Of a stretch of DNA of 60,687 nucleotides, positions 12,173 to 25,689 are shown in pieces (position 1 is the first letter of the stretch; every line of letters starts with the position of its first letter). The position numbers and the translations under genes were made by a program. The stretch comes from Chiloscyllium plagiosum (taxonomy: Eukaryota). Location: NCBI RefSeq assembly GCF_004010195.1, contig NC_057718.1, forward strand, positions 86,605,514 through 86,666,200, read 5' to 3'. Below the pieces are notes generated by a model. The model saw only the letters and a list, made by a program, of their open reading frames with translations. It ran no database searches and was not told the DNA's origin.

Positions 12173-12611
12173 AAGATGATGCACCTCCACAGCTTTCTCA
12201 ATCCTAGAGCTGCAGCCAGAATGCTATGTTGGAGGGTGGTGGGAGTGAATCATGTTCAGCTAAGTGGATCCCAGGCTTGCAGTCACACATTGCTTCAGTG
12301 GGTCTTTGAGGGTCCTCTGGGTTCTAGCAAAGTAATTGAACAGTTTACTTTTTTTGGGACTCTTCCATCACTCCTTCAACTGTTAGTAGTTGTATTACAT
12401 ATTCAATACCCTACTTAAGTCCTTGGACAGCAAGTTTTTAATTAAAAGACTTGCCTTGCCCAAATCAGGCAGGAGTTGGATGTCTGGCAGTAGGCCCTTT
12501 CAAAATGGCTACCAACTTCATTCACCATGGCCATGCTGTTAAGATCATCCAAAAACAGTCAAAATCAACCCTGTGGGTCATCCATCAAATGGTCCAAATT
12601 TCCAATGTTCT

Positions 12612-12957
12612 TTTCAAATTCATTCATGAGATGAGGAGATTGCTGCTTGGGCCAGTATTTATTTCCCATCCTTTATTGCCCAGAGGGCAGTTAAGAGTCA
12701 ACCATATTGCTGTGGGTCTGGAGTTACACATAGGCCAGACTGGGTAAGGATGGCAGTTTCCTTCCCTAAAGGGCATTAGTACACTGGATGGGTTTTTCCT
12801 GACAATTGATTCATGGACATCATCCCTTAATTCCAGATATTTATTGAATTCAAATTCCACCATCTGCCATGGCAGATTCAAACCCGTGTCCCCAGGACAT
12901 TATCTACATGTCTGGATTAATTGTCCAGAAATAATACCATTAGGCTATTGCCTCCCC
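12612..12957 (-). mobile_element. tRNA-derived SINE, apparently complete
   Basis: Minus strand starts GGGGAGGCAATAGCCTAATGG (A box) and has GGGTTTGAATC (B-box-like); body shared with 5220-5370; tail ends GAATGAAT. Confidence 0.75.
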
Positions 12958-13376
12958 TAATAAGATACTAATAGCTCATAGTACTTTCCTGCACCCTGTT
13001 TGGGGAATCTTTGTACAATTACAAGGATTTGATTATTTTGTAGGACTTGATTTATCTGAACACAAAAAGGTTTATTTGTAAGATGTGGAAAATAATTGAA
13101 GAAATCCCATAGATGGTGCTGTGGTATAATCTCCAACCACAAAAAAACACTCAGTACAAAATGAGAATTGGGAAATTGCAGAGAAACATCTTTAGTCCGT
13201 AATTTGGAAATTACACATCACTGTCAAGAAAGGAAAGAAATAGAAATTAAGATGACAGACCAGGCAAAATGCTTTCCGAAATTGGAATAAATATTTTTAA
13301 GTGGTATCTCCCATTCTCTGACCTCACGGACCCTCTCCACTTCCTACCTACAGAATAATGGACTTTAATGAAACAT

Positions 13377-13685
13377 GGGCGGTGCGGTGGCACAGTGGTT
13401 AGCACTGCTGCCTCACAGCGCCAGAGACCCGGGTTCAATTCCTGCCTCAGGCAACTGACTGTGTGGAGTTTGCACGTTCTCCCCGTGTCTGCGTGGGTTT
13501 CCTCCGGGTGCTCCGGTTTCCTCCCACAGTCCAAAGATGTGCAGGTCAGGTGAATTAGCCATGCTAAATTGCCCGTAGTGTTAGGTAAGGGGTAAATGTA
13601 AGGGTATGGGTGGGTTACACTTCGGTGTGTCGGTGTGGACTTGTTGGGCCGAAGGGCCTGTTTCCACACTGTAATGTAATCTAAT
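13377..13685 (+). mobile_element. HE1-type V-SINE
   Basis: tRNA head GGTGGCACAGTGGTTAGC and GGGTTCAATTCC; V-domain GTGTGGAGTTTGCAC..CTCCCCGTGTCTGCGTGGGTTTCCTCCGGGTGCTCCGGTTTCCTCCCAC; CR1-like tail. Confidence 0.9.
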
Positions 13686-13689
13686 GTCA

Positions 13690-14822
13690 AACATTCTGCA
13701 GGACTCTTTTTTTCCATAACTGAGAATTCCCTGCTTCCATGGACAACAAGGCCATTAGTCATGTCTGGCCCGTCTCCCGTATTCTGCTCTCACCCCTTCC
13801 TTTCTTTCCCACAACCATAATAGGGACCCCTGGTCCCCACTTAACACCCCACCAACCTCCGCATCCAAAGGATTGTAAGCTGCCATTTTTGTCACCTCCA
13901 ATGGGTTGCCATAACCAGAAACATATTCCCCATCTCTTCCTTGTCAGAATCCTGCAGAGGCCATTCCGTCTGGGACACTCTGGTCCCAGTTCCAACATAC
14001 CCCAAACCCCAACAGCATGTTCCCATGCAATCACAGAAGGTGTAATATCTGCTTATTTACTTCCTCCCTGGATCCAGACATACATTCCAAGTGAAGCAAC
14101 AGTTTTCCTGTACTTCACTCAATCTAGTCCACTGTATTTAATGTTCACAACGTGGTGTTCTCTACGATAGCAAGTTGAAACGCAGACTAAGTGCACACCT
14201 ACACATTCTCTATGCAATAATGACTGTGAGCTACCAGTTGCCTACCACTTCAATACACCACCATATTCCCTGGCCATTGTTTCTGTCTCAGACCTGCTGC
14301 AGTGTTCCAGTGAGCCTTAGTGCAAGCTCGAAGAACGACATCGCATTTTCTGCTTGCGCACCCTGCAGCCTCTAGCACTCAACATCGAGTTGAATAACTT
14401 TAGAGTCTAATTGCATCCTTCCATGTTCTTGACCCATCCCCACCCCCTGGTCCTGCTATGACATGTTTAGTTTTTAGCACAGTCACCCATTCTGACATAC
14501 GCCTGGGCCCACTATCACATGAAATGAATTGTATTCAGTACAGCTCACCCATTTGCTCATAATCTTATTGTCACTTATTGAGCTTTTCTTCAGTCCTGTC
14601 CTGTTATTCATAATCTCCTTGTTTACCTACTCCTCTCATATTTCTCTCTCTCTGGGCTCCATTTCCATCTTAGCCACCCCCATTCCCTCAAACTTCAGTT
14701 TCAGCACAAATCCCATTTTCTCCTAACTGCTTACAGTTTTGATGAAGACTCACTGGACTTGAAATGTTAACTCTGCTGTCTTCCCACAGATGCTGCCAGA
14801 TCTGCTGAGTTTCTCCAGCAAT
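13690..14822 (+). mobile_element. Penelope-like element 3' remnant (GIY-YIG plus pLTR with decayed hammerhead)
   Basis: FQVKQQFSCTSLNLVHCI.CSQRGVLY-type endonuclease remnant near 14085-14190; TGATGA-AGACTCACTGGACTT-GAAA-TGTT near 14740-14770. Confidence 0.7.
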
Positions 14823-15324
14823 GACAACAGTCAGCGAGTGACTCATGCTACAGTTCCCTGCATTGCACAATCTCCTGGTTCCAGAAGAATACCAATGAAT
14901 GAAAGACAGAGTTTGGCAGTCCTGCAACTTACACTTGCTCAGTGCCCCTGTGAAAATATGATGAATTAGAAGCTTAACACGTCTCTGCCAGACTGCGCAA
15001 CAATCAACTTGGAAGGAAATGCCTAAAAAATCCAAATGCCCCATCCCTTCAATCTGAGCGAATACTTTTAAATGATTATTTTCCTGTTTACAGGATTTCA
15101 AAGAACAAAGGAGATTTGAATGAATCTTGTGAAGAAAAGTGTTTCAGTAATTAAAGTACATGCAGGCCAAAACCAGGGGAAGGTCCATGTCAGCCACTTG
15201 ATATGGCAACCTGGAACATTCTTTTGCCGATAAATGTTCTGATTCTATACATGAATTCTACTGACCATAAATCATTAATGTTTGTCCACATCAATGAAAT
15301 AAATAATTGGGATTCATAAAGCCC

Positions 15325-15714
15325 CTTTTATGATCTCAGGACATTGCCAAATGCTTTATCATGAATTTATTACTTTTATAAGGATTATCACTTTTGTAGG
15401 CAATGCAACAGGCAATTTGTACCATCAAGGTCTTAGAAACATCAATGAACAGATAATCTCTTAATAATGTCGGTTTAGATGAAACAGCATATTGGAGAGA
15501 AATCCCATTTACCTGCTTTAAACAGGATTGTTTAGGTTCACTTGAGAGAGGAGGTAGGGCGTTAGTGTAATATCTAAGTCAAAAGACAATACCTTCAAAA
15601 AGACAGTGCTCACTGAGTACCAACTCTAATTGGCACAAGCCTCAAATCTCTGAGGTGGGACTACAAACCTACAACCTCTGATAAAGAGGTAAGAGTACGA
15701 CCAACCGAGCCACA
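15325..15714 (-). mobile_element. Old DeuSINE-like (SacSINE1/AmnSINE1-related) SINE
   Basis: Minus-strand tRNA-like head TGTGGCTCGGTTGGTCGTACTCTTACCTCT; 3' part resembles the Deu-domain/tail consensus as recalled; strongly diverged. Confidence 0.55.
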
Positions 15715-17522
15715 GATTACACACCATGGTGAAGTTCAACCTGCATGCTAAAACTTCTGAGGGATTAAAGAAGCAAGAAATGTCTGTGTGTTGGAGACCA
15801 GTGTGCATTTGCATGGAAATGGAAATCCTTATGGGACAGAAATTCACAGAAAGGAAATAATTTTACATATTGGCTTTGAATGCCATCGTATTGGTCCTTC
15901 ACCCAACCTGAAATTTGTCAAATCAACAATGTGGGAACACTGTGGGAATTGACATGCTTATGAAACTGACAGGCTAGTGAATCTGTAAATATTGAAAGGC
16001 AAAAGCTGTTTCCTTGCCAAAGTGAAAAGCTATTGTTTGCAGGACTCATTCCATGAATGTGCTTTCTTTGTTTTGGCGATGATTTCAGAGGTCAGTTCTT
16101 CCCTCTTGGACTTCCTTCCATTTGATGTACTATTTGATGTCAGCCTTCACTGCAGAACATAATCTTGCTTCTCTGCACATGATGATCAGGAAGGAATGTC
16201 TTCCTTCTGTGCCAGGAAACTCTCCTGTAGGCTGACCAGCACTGGCCTCACCCATCTCGCACTCCCAAGCGAGCTCAGCTAATGCATCCTTGGAGATAAA
16301 AGGACCGTAATCACAGGATGTGGCTAAAGACACTAGATGGCCTACCACTAAGCAAAGGAGGGGAGGGGTACAACTGAAGTCACGTGAGCAAGCAAGTGAT
16401 AATGCAGTCAATAGTTTAAATGCTGAAAGTATGGTTCAACTGATCTGAGGCATCCTTCAATGTGCACCCCCAAGGACCGTCCTGAATGTTATCCATATTG
16501 TGTCTAAGACCTCCCACATCAGTAACCTGTCTTTCCTAAAGTATTTGATTAGTGTATTGTTATTCTTTTGCAGTTCAGTATTTAAAATAATAGCTAATTT
16601 TTTGTGTTCCAGTATGCACCAAATTTTGAAGGATACATTTGGACTGCCTTGGTTCAGAATCAGATATTGTGATTTTCCAATCATCTTCCAATTAAATTAA
16701 CAGTTGCGCATTATGACAGTGATTGCCAGAGAGGTTTCGTTACATATGTTATTATCATTCATACGCATTATCTTCCAAATCATCTTGCAGCATTCTGTTG
16801 ATAATTTGTTTTAATGTACACAAATCAATTAACAAAATAGTTCCAAAATACATTATTCAGAAATAATTATTATGGATAGTTAAATTTCCTGGGGTGTTGC
16901 ACATGGGATTGCAGCAGATGGACTGGTTTAAAATGTCAGTTACCTGCTGCTGGTCACCACTCAACAGATTGTAATCAGTGTACTCATCTAAAACCATGCA
17001 ATGTGAATGCCAAAAGGTACTCTGCTGCTTTTGCAGTTCCTCACACAGACACACACCCATTCAGATTGCACACTTGCACCTGTACACATGTATATAGCTA
17101 ACCATGTATACACACAAACACTCACACACACGGACACCTAATCCTCCAAGCAACCACTGACACATTCGCTGGTCCGACTTAGAGCTGACCTTGATCTGCA
17201 CGAGAATACTCAGCTGGCCTAGATCTTTTGGCAGACCATTACAGGAAGTTGGCATGTACCAAATGGCAGGATGCCCTAGTGGGAGAAAGAGATTTTGACA
17301 GAGATGCTGTGTGTGTGCTTCTGGATGCCAGAGAAGTCCAGTAACACACAGGTAGGTGAAAACTGTGTTGCAAATGGACTGTCAGGAGTTGACAAACATA
17401 ATGAATATTACTGTCACAGTACCAAGGTCATGGATCAGTGGAACAAAAAAATCAACAATCTTCTGAAGGAGCGATTATTGGTGAAGTTCACAACCATTTT
17501 CTGTCAGCTGTACAACAATTGT

Positions 17523-17837
17523 GGGCGACACGGTGGCACAGTGGTTAGCACTGCTGCCGCACAATGCCAGAGACCCGGGTTAAATTCCCGCCTCAGGCAA
17601 CTGACTGTGTGGAATTTGCACATTGTCTGCGTGGGTTTCCTCCGGGTGCTCCGGTTTCCTCCCACAATCCAAAGATGTGCAGGTCAGGTGAATTGGCCAT
17701 GCTAAATTGCCCATAGTGTTAGGTGAAGGGGTAAATGTAGGGGAATGGGTCTGGGTGGGATGCGCTTCGGTGGGTCGGTGTGGACTTGTTGGGCTGAAGG
17801 GCCTGTTTCCACACTGTGTAAGTAATCTAATCTAATT
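17523..17837 (+). mobile_element. HE1-type V-SINE
   Basis: Same head, V-domain and (AATCT)n tail as 13377-13685. Confidence 0.9.
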
Positions 17838-18757
17838 AGCACTTGTATCACAAGTTTGTGTCCAGGATTTAAACTAATATAAAATGGGACTTCACCAATT
17901 TTCATTTCAATATGAAGTTGATGTGTTCTGATTTATAAAGAAAATAGAGCAACTTTAAAAATTATTTAAGCCTTCCAATTCATCATATATTTTCAAACAA
18001 CAGAATGTATACCATATCAGTGATGGTACAAGAGTAAACATTTGAAATCTCATATGTCACAATCTCTGTGTCAAAAGTGGCTTCACACTTCTGGACTGAC
18101 TTAGACATCAGATGTGAATTCTGCATTAATGAGAAATAATAAAATTCTACCAACTTTTAAAATATTGATGTAAAATGTCAGAGAAAGAGAATATTTCTCA
18201 AAAACAACACAATGGAAAACAAATCAAACAAAACAAAGAGAGACAGATTAAAGTTAACAAGTAGACACTTAGTCCCTTAACTTGTATTTGTTTAGAATTC
18301 TAAAACAATAATTGAAATATTTAAAAATGTTGTAATGATATCCAGAGAATATTATCATTCAACCATACCATTTATAAATAAAAAGACATAAGCAACTGCA
18401 AATTTAAACATGTCTATGTGCTAAGTTAATAATTAAATTTGTAAAATAATCCTATTTGTGAAGTAAGTCCTGTTTGGAAACAACATTTTTCTCGAAATCC
18501 TATTAGAGAATCATGAGCTGAATTTTACCAGAAATCAGGTAAGCATTATTTTTGTTGAATTTAATGGTGGCTTTCCCTCTGCAAGGCTGAGGAGTTTTAC
18601 CTGTATCATCATCCCAACCTCACCTCATTAATTCTGTGCTACACCCTTTGGTGGCCCTTTTGTCCAATGCTAACTGGATTCTCCACTCACTGAGGATGGA
18701 GGCACTCAGCACTATAGGGATATCTCAGGCTCACTGGCACCGACAGCATATTTAAAT

Positions 18758-20172
18758 AGAGTCATAGAGTTATAGAGATGTACAGCGTGGAAACAGATCC
18801 TTCAGTCCTACTCATCCAAGCTGACCAGGTATCCCAACTGAAACTAGTCCCACCTGTCAGCACCTGGCCCATATTCCTCCAAACCCTTCCTAATCATATA
18901 CCAATCCAGATGCCTTTTAAATGTTGCAATTGTACTAGTCTCCAACACTTCCTCTGGCAGCTCATTCCATACACATACCACCCTCTGAGTGAAAAGCTGC
19001 CCCTTAGGTCTCTTTTATATCTTTCCCCTCTCACCCTAAATCTATGCCCTCTAGTTCTGGAATCCCCGATCCCAGGGAAAAGACCTTGTCTATTTACCCT
19101 ATCCATGCCCCTCGTGATTTTATAAACCTCTATAAAGTAACTCCTCAGCCTCCAACGTTCCAGGGAAAACAGCCACAGCCTGTTCAACCTCTCCCTGTAG
19201 CTCAAATCCTCCAACTCTGGCAACATCCTTGTAAATCTTTTCTGAACCCTTTCAAGTTTCACAACATCTTTCCGATAGGAAGGAGACCAGAAATGCACGC
19301 AATATTTCAACAGTCCTGTACAGCCACAACAGTCCTGTAACCAATGTCCTGTACAGCCGCAACATGACCTCCTAACTCCTGTACTCAATAGTCTGACCAA
19401 TAAAGGAAAGCATACCAAATGCCTTCTTCACTATCCTATCTACCTGCAATTCCACTTTCAAGGAGCTATGAACCTGCACTCCAAGGTCTCTTTGTTCAGC
19501 AACACTCCCTAGGACCTTACCATTAAGTGTATAAGTCCTGCTAAGATTTGCTTTCCCAAAATATAGCACCTCTCATTTATCTAAATTAAACTCCATCTGC
19601 CACTTCTCAGCCCATTGGCCTATCTGATCAAGATCCTGCTGTAACCTGAGGTAATCTTCTTTGCTGTCCATTACACCTCCAATTTTGGTGTCATCTGCAA
19701 ACTTACTAACTATACCTCTTATGCTCACATCCAAATCATTTATATAAATGATGAGAAGTAGTGGACCCAGCAGCGATGCTTGTGGCACTCCACTGGACAC
19801 AGGCCTCCAGTCTGTTTACCTTTGAGCCAATTCTGTATCCAAATGGCGACTACCCCCCCGTATTCCATGAGATCTAACCTTGCTCACTAGTATCCTATGG
19901 GGAACCTTGTCGAACGCCTTACTGAAGTCCATATAGATCACATCTACCACTCTGCCCTCATCAATCCTCTTTGTTACTTCTTCAAAAAACTCAATCAAGT
20001 TTGTGAGACATGATTTCCCACACATAAAGCCATGTTGACTATCCCTAATCAGTCCTTGCCTTTCTAAATAGACATACATCCTGTCCCTCAGGATTTCCTC
20101 CAACAACTTCCCCACCACCGACGTCAGGCTCACTGGTCTATAGAGTCCTGGCTTGTCCTTACCACCCTTCTT
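18758..20172 (-). mobile_element. CR1 LINE RT and 3' end
   Basis: SLTSVVGKLLE, QHGFMCGKSCLTNLIEFFEEV, DFSKAFDKVPH, GVPQASLLGP, KFADDTKIGG, WSPSYRKDVVKLERVQKRFTRM; internal deletions. Confidence 0.92.
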
Positions 20173-23100
20173 AAAGAGTGACCATTGTGTACCCAGTTAA
20201 ACAATGGTAGATCAGAGTTGCCCTGCACAGTTGGAGACATTTGCCCTGGCCATGACGGACAAGGCAAATGTGGTGCCCTGTGCAGATAGGAACCTGGAAG
20301 GGGTGATACAGAGGGGACTATCCTCTTCACTGGAGTCACCATGTACCCACAAAAACATTCATGTGGGGAATTCTCAGCATCTGGTTTTGATGGGTAGTAG
20401 AATGAGAGATTGCATATTAATGAGTTTAGATTAGTTACTAAATAGGGTGATAATAGGGGCATGTACAAATGAGACAGTATGCACCTGAAGCACATTGGAA
20501 CCAACATTCTTGCAGGTAGGAGGGAGGGACTCAGGATATCGATGAAACAGAGACACAGCAAAGGAAGCAAGTCACAGTGAGTTCAGTTATGTTGAGTCTC
20601 AAGAGAGTAAAGCAAGGCTGGATGATCTTCACTTTAATGATAGGAGTGTAAAAGGTAAGGCTGACGAGTTAATGACATGGATTGACACATGAAAGTATGA
20701 TATTGTTGCCATCACAGAAACATGGTTGAAAGAAGGACTGGACTAGTAACTCAACATTCCAGGGTGTAGGATCTTTAGGTGAGACAGAAGAAAGTGTAAA
20801 AAGGGTGGTAGTGTAGCACAATTAATTATAAATTTATTACTGCAATGTGGAAAGTTTATATCTTGGAACAATCCTCAAATGAGGCTTTGTGGTTGGAACT
20901 TAGGAATGTTAAGGGGGCAGCTACTTTACCAGGAATGTATTATAGGCCCTCAAAGAGTCAGCGGGAAGTAAAGGAGCAAATATGTTGACAGTTCACGGCG
21001 ATGTGTAAGGATAATAATCAGATAACTATATTAGGGGATTTCAACTTTCCCAACATAAAGTGGGATAATCTTAGTGTTAAAGGTGTAGAAGGGGCAGATG
21101 TCTTGAAATGTATCCAGCAAGTGTTTTGTATCAATATGTAGAAGGCCCAACAATGGACAGCACAATGCTGGATCTGCTTCTGGGGAAAGAAGCCAGATAA
21201 GTGTTCAATGTGGCGGCGGGGGAACATTTAAGTGCCAACGACCACAACACGGTACAGTTCAGTTTTGGACAGGGAAAAGATTGCCTGCAAAAGAAAGCTT
21301 TGGATTGGAGGAAGACAGATTTTATTAAAATAAAGCAGGATTCGCTTACAGTTGTCTGGGAACAGCTCCTTGTGGGTAAGTCTACAGCTGATCAATGGGA
21401 AGGCATTCTTTAAAGAGCTGGGGTGAGTCCAGATCCAAAACGTATCCTTCAGAGGGACATGTCGGAGCAATAAGTTCAGAGAACTCTGGATGTCTAGGAC
21501 AATTCAGGACTGAATAAAGAAGAATAGAGCTTTTAATAAGCCCAAAGGGAGCAATTCAGCTGCGGCCCTAGAGGAATAGAAGAGGGAACTAAAGAAGGGA
21601 AGTAAAGAGAAAAAGGGGACATGAAAAGGAGTTGCAACAGGATGAGGGAGAAGCCAAAGATATTTTATAAATACATTAAAGTGAAGAAGTTAACGAGGGA
21701 AGTGGTAGGGCCTATTAGGGACCAAGGAGTAACCTGTGTGTGAAGCTGCAGGATATTGGAAGGGTGTTGAATGAATGCTCCTCTTCAGTCTTCACTCCGG
21801 AAAAGGAGAACCTAGGTTTGGAACTCAGGAAAAGGGACGTGAAGAACTTGCACAGTTTGACAAAGAAAATGGAGAGGCATTGGAAGCTCTGTCCCAGCTT
21901 AAAACAGACAATTCACCTGACTCTGATGAATTGCATCCCAGGCTGTTGTGGGAGGTGAGGCAGGAATTTGCAGGGGCTCCAAAATAAATTTTTAATTCCT
22001 CTCTAATCACAGGGGATAAGTGCTAGAGGACTGGAGAAAGGCTAACGTGGTTCCTCTTTTTAACAGGCAGGGTAGACAATAGCTGCAGGAGTAGGCCATT
22101 CAGCCCTTCGAGCCTGCACCGCCATTCAATATGATCATGGCTGATCATTCCTAATCAGTATCCTCTTCCTGCCTTATCTCCATAACCCTTGATTCCACTA
22201 TCTTTGAGAGCTCTATCCAACTCTTTCTTAAATGAATCCAGAGACTGGGCCTCCACTGCCCTCTGGGGCAGAGCATTCCACACAGCCACCACTCTCTGGG
22301 TGAAGAAGTTTCTCCTCATCTCTGTCCTAAATGGTCTACCCCGTATTTTTAAGCTGTGTCCTCTGGTTCGGCACTCACCAATCAGCGGAAACATGTTTCC
22401 TGCTGCCAGAGTGTCCAATCCTTTCATAATCTTATATGTAGAGATGAACCAGGAGCTTACAGACCAGTGAGTCTCATCAGTGGTAGGAAAACTACTGGAG
22501 CCAATTAATGCCCATTTGGAAAGGCATGGGTTAATTAGAGATAGTCAGAATGGTTTTGTCAGAGGGAAGTCATGCTTAACAAATTTGTTAGAATGTTTTG
22601 AAAATGTGATCAAGTATGTGGATGAAGGAAGTTCAGTTGATGTAATTTAAACAAAGTTTTTATCAAGGTCCCAAGTGAGACACTGATTGATTGAGAAGTT
22701 AAAGCACATGGAATTGAGGAAAACTCAGCAAGATGGGTCAGAAACTGGTCTAGTAATAAGACACAAAAGATAGTGGTAGAAGGCCTTTTGAGTGACTGCA
22801 GGCCAGTGTCCATCAGTATACCACAAGGATCAGTACTAGGACCCTTATTGTTTGTTGTATACATAAATGATATAGATGAAAATGTGGGGGGAATCGTTAA
22901 ACAAATTTGCAAATGACACCAAGTTTGGTAGAGAGGTTAATGGTTGTAGGTTACAGGAAGATATAGATGGGTTGGACAGATGGGCAGAGCAGTGGCAGAT
23001 GGTATTTAACCCTGATGCACTTTGGAAGGAGAAAGCAAGGAGGTAATGTTGGAATTGGCCCGACCACAACCAGAGTACTGTGTGCCATTCTGGTCACCTC

Positions 23101-23590
23101 ACTACAAAAAGCATGTCAGAGCACTAGAGGGAGTACAGAGGGGATTCACCAGGACGTTACCTGGGATGGGGAAATTCAGTTATAAGGATATACTAGATAG
23201 GCCTAGATTGTTTTCTCTAGAGCAGAGAGGACTGAGGAGGGGACATGATTGAGATGCATAAGATTATGAGGGGTATGGGCAGAGTGAATAGAGAGCTGCT
23301 GTTCCCCTTGGTTGAGGGGTTGTTCATGAGAGGACATAGTTTTAGGGTCAGAGGCAGGAGATTCAGAGGGGATTTGGGAAAAACCTTTTCACTTAGCAGG
23401 TCATGGGAATTTAGAATTCACTGCCTGTGAAAGTAGTAGAAGGTGGAAAGCTTACAACACTTTAAAAAAATTTGGATGAATACTTCAAATTTTATAACAT
23501 TCACGAATATGGGAGAAGTGCAGGAAGTCAGGTAGTGCACTTTTAGTGGTAGTTATGACAGTGCAGACTCAATGGACTGAAGGGTCTTTT
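20173..23590 (+). mobile_element. Old near-full-length CR1 LINE (SGNH-esterase ORF1 remnant, APE, RT, 3'UTR)
   Basis: DSMHLKHIGTNILAG (esterase end, near 20470-20520); VAITETWL, YRPS, ILGDFNFP and NDHN (APE); SIPQGSVLGP, FANDTKFG, EYCVPFWSPHYKK (RT and C-terminus). Confidence 0.85.
22077..22437 (-). mobile_element. Young CR1 3' fragment nested in the older CR1
   Basis: Uninterrupted ORF ...RGHSLKIRGRPFRTEMRRNFFTQRVVAVWNALP...GY*; GTAGA duplicated at 22072-22076 and 22438-22442. Confidence 0.88.
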
Positions 23591-24691
23591 TTGTGCTGAA
23601 TGTATCGATGAACCCATGTTATTAGACTACTCACCATTCACTAGCGAGACTCTCATCTCAACATCCAAACTTGGTTGAATAAAGCAATATTTTGGACTTG
23701 CTGAGTCATACAGCACAGAAACAGACCCTTTGGTCTTGGTATCAAGAACAGCCTTACTCGAAGTCTCACTGATTTTCCCAAATTTCTTGCTATGACCCAT
23801 GTCGTTCAGCAATTGGGAAGATGCTGCCATAGAGCCTTGCAGCACCAAACCAGATTATTCAACCACTTGTGTCTACATCAGCTCTTTGAAAGAGCTATCA
23901 CTCACCTTCTTTGTGCAGAGCCATGCACATTTTAGCTTTTCATAGTATTATAAAAAGATAAAGTGCACAAGACCATTCAGTCCATTGTGTCTGTGCTTGC
24001 CCTTTAAGAGCTATCAAATTAGCTGCACTCCTCTATTCTTTCCCTGAAGTCCTGCAACATTTTCTGTGATAAACATTCTTCCAATTCCTTCTGAAATTTG
24101 GTAATCAATCTGCTTCCACTGCTCTTTCAGGCAATGTATTATGCATCATAACTATTCACAGCATAATTATTTTTTCTTCTTGCTTCTGATTATTTAACCT
24201 TAAGTTCCTTCTGCCACTGGAAACAATTTCACCTTATCTATTGCATTAAAACTATTCATGATTTTGAATAATTTTTACTTTTTTAACATTTTCACTTAAC
24301 CTTTTCAGCTTCAGAAAGAATAGTCAGAGTTTATTTAATCTCCGAGCATCACAAATGTCCTTCATTTCTTCTGCACTCTCTTCAAGCATTTGACATCCCT
24401 CCTGGAGTGTGGCTGACAGGGCCTTCTTATCAGACTTTTGAATGCATCCTGCTACCTTCAAAGATTTGTGTATATTTTAGTATATGTTCCTGCACCCCAT
24501 AAAATCGCGCCATGTTATTTACATTGCCTTTCCTCACTCAGAGGTGCATCATTCAGGGAATGGGTCTGGGTGGGTTACTCTTTGGAAGGTCAATGTGGAT
24601 TTGTTGGGCCAAAAGGCCTGTTTCCACACTGTAAGGATTCTATATTTTAAAAATTTATGCTGGAGTAAGGGGTCAGTAGGTCAAAAGAAAT

Positions 24692-24992
24692 GGGTGGCAC
24701 AGTAGCACAGTGGTTAGCACTGCAGCCTCACAGCGCCAGAGACCTCAGGCAACTCTCTGTGTGGAGTTTGCACATTCTCCCCATGTCTGCGTAGGTTTCT
24801 TCCGGGTGCTCCGGTTTCCTCCCACAATCCAAAAAATGTGCAAGTTAGGTGAATTGGCCATGCTAAATTGCCCGTAGTGTTAGGTGTAGGGGAATGGGTC
24901 TGGATGGGTTGTACTTCGGCGGGTCGGTATGGACTTGTTGGGCCGAAGGGCCTGTTTCCACACTGTAATCTAATCTAAAAAAAATCTAATCT
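24692..24992 (+). mobile_element. HE1-type V-SINE with B-box region deleted; a tail-only fragment lies at 24555-24640
   Basis: Head and V-domain match the other copies; AGAGACC joins directly to TCAGGCAACT. Confidence 0.88.
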
Positions 24993-25689
24993 TACCACAA
25001 ATGTTTTCGCATTGCCTTGCACTAAACGTCATCTGTCATGTGTTAGTCCATGTCATCAATCTGCCCGTGCCCTCCTGCTGTATCTAATGGAATGCAGCTT
25101 GTGAGCAAATGTTATAAGCTAGGAACTTGGTGAGTAAGGGAGTGAATCTCAAGGGTTAATCTTGAGGCGAGCCTTGTTTGGTTGCAGTTAGCATTTAACT
25201 GAAATTTACTGCTTAAGTTTCTACTAGACTAGCATAAGGATCACCAAGTCCTCTGCTGGAGACCAGATGAAATCAGTTAATTAGGTGGCTGGTCTAATCT
25301 GGCTTCTATGACTGCAGGAGAGTTTATTCATCTGAGTTTCAGGTAAAGGAAGCTGGAGTTCAATCTGTGTTGGAATGCAACTTGTAGCAGAGTGTTGAGC
25401 GAGGGGTTTGGTGAGTGAGGGGGTTTACTGAGCAAGGCACCAGGAATTGAAAATCTGCACAAGAGGAGACACAGCCAGTTGGACTTTGACACTGTTAAAA
25501 TGTATGACTGTATTTCAAATAACATAAAATGAGATCTCAGATGCTTAGTAAATATTTTGCTCACTTGCCTTTTCAAGGGCAGGTAACCAATGTTTAATAA
25601 TTATTAGTATCAGTAAAGTGTACTAGCAGCTTACAAGGAATAATAGGTTTATTAATTACAGAATAATGAATTAAAGCAAACTAATTAGG

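Noticed and set aside
13377..13450. tRNA-like A and B boxes
   Set aside because: SINE heads rather than functional tRNA genes; they continue directly into the V-domain
13247..13762. 171-aa ORF and similar CGRKPEHPEETHADTGR ORFs elsewhere
   Set aside because: Antisense translations of HE1 SINEs, not genes
17350..17480. Possible Harbinger Myb/SANT-like remnant (VPRSW...KKINNLLK)
   Set aside because: Similarity too short and frameshifted to support without a profile search
20130..20220. Divergent CR1 junction at 20172 as a twin-priming inversion
   Set aside because: The two sides differ clearly in age and subfamily, and no shared TSD was found; better explained as independent insertions
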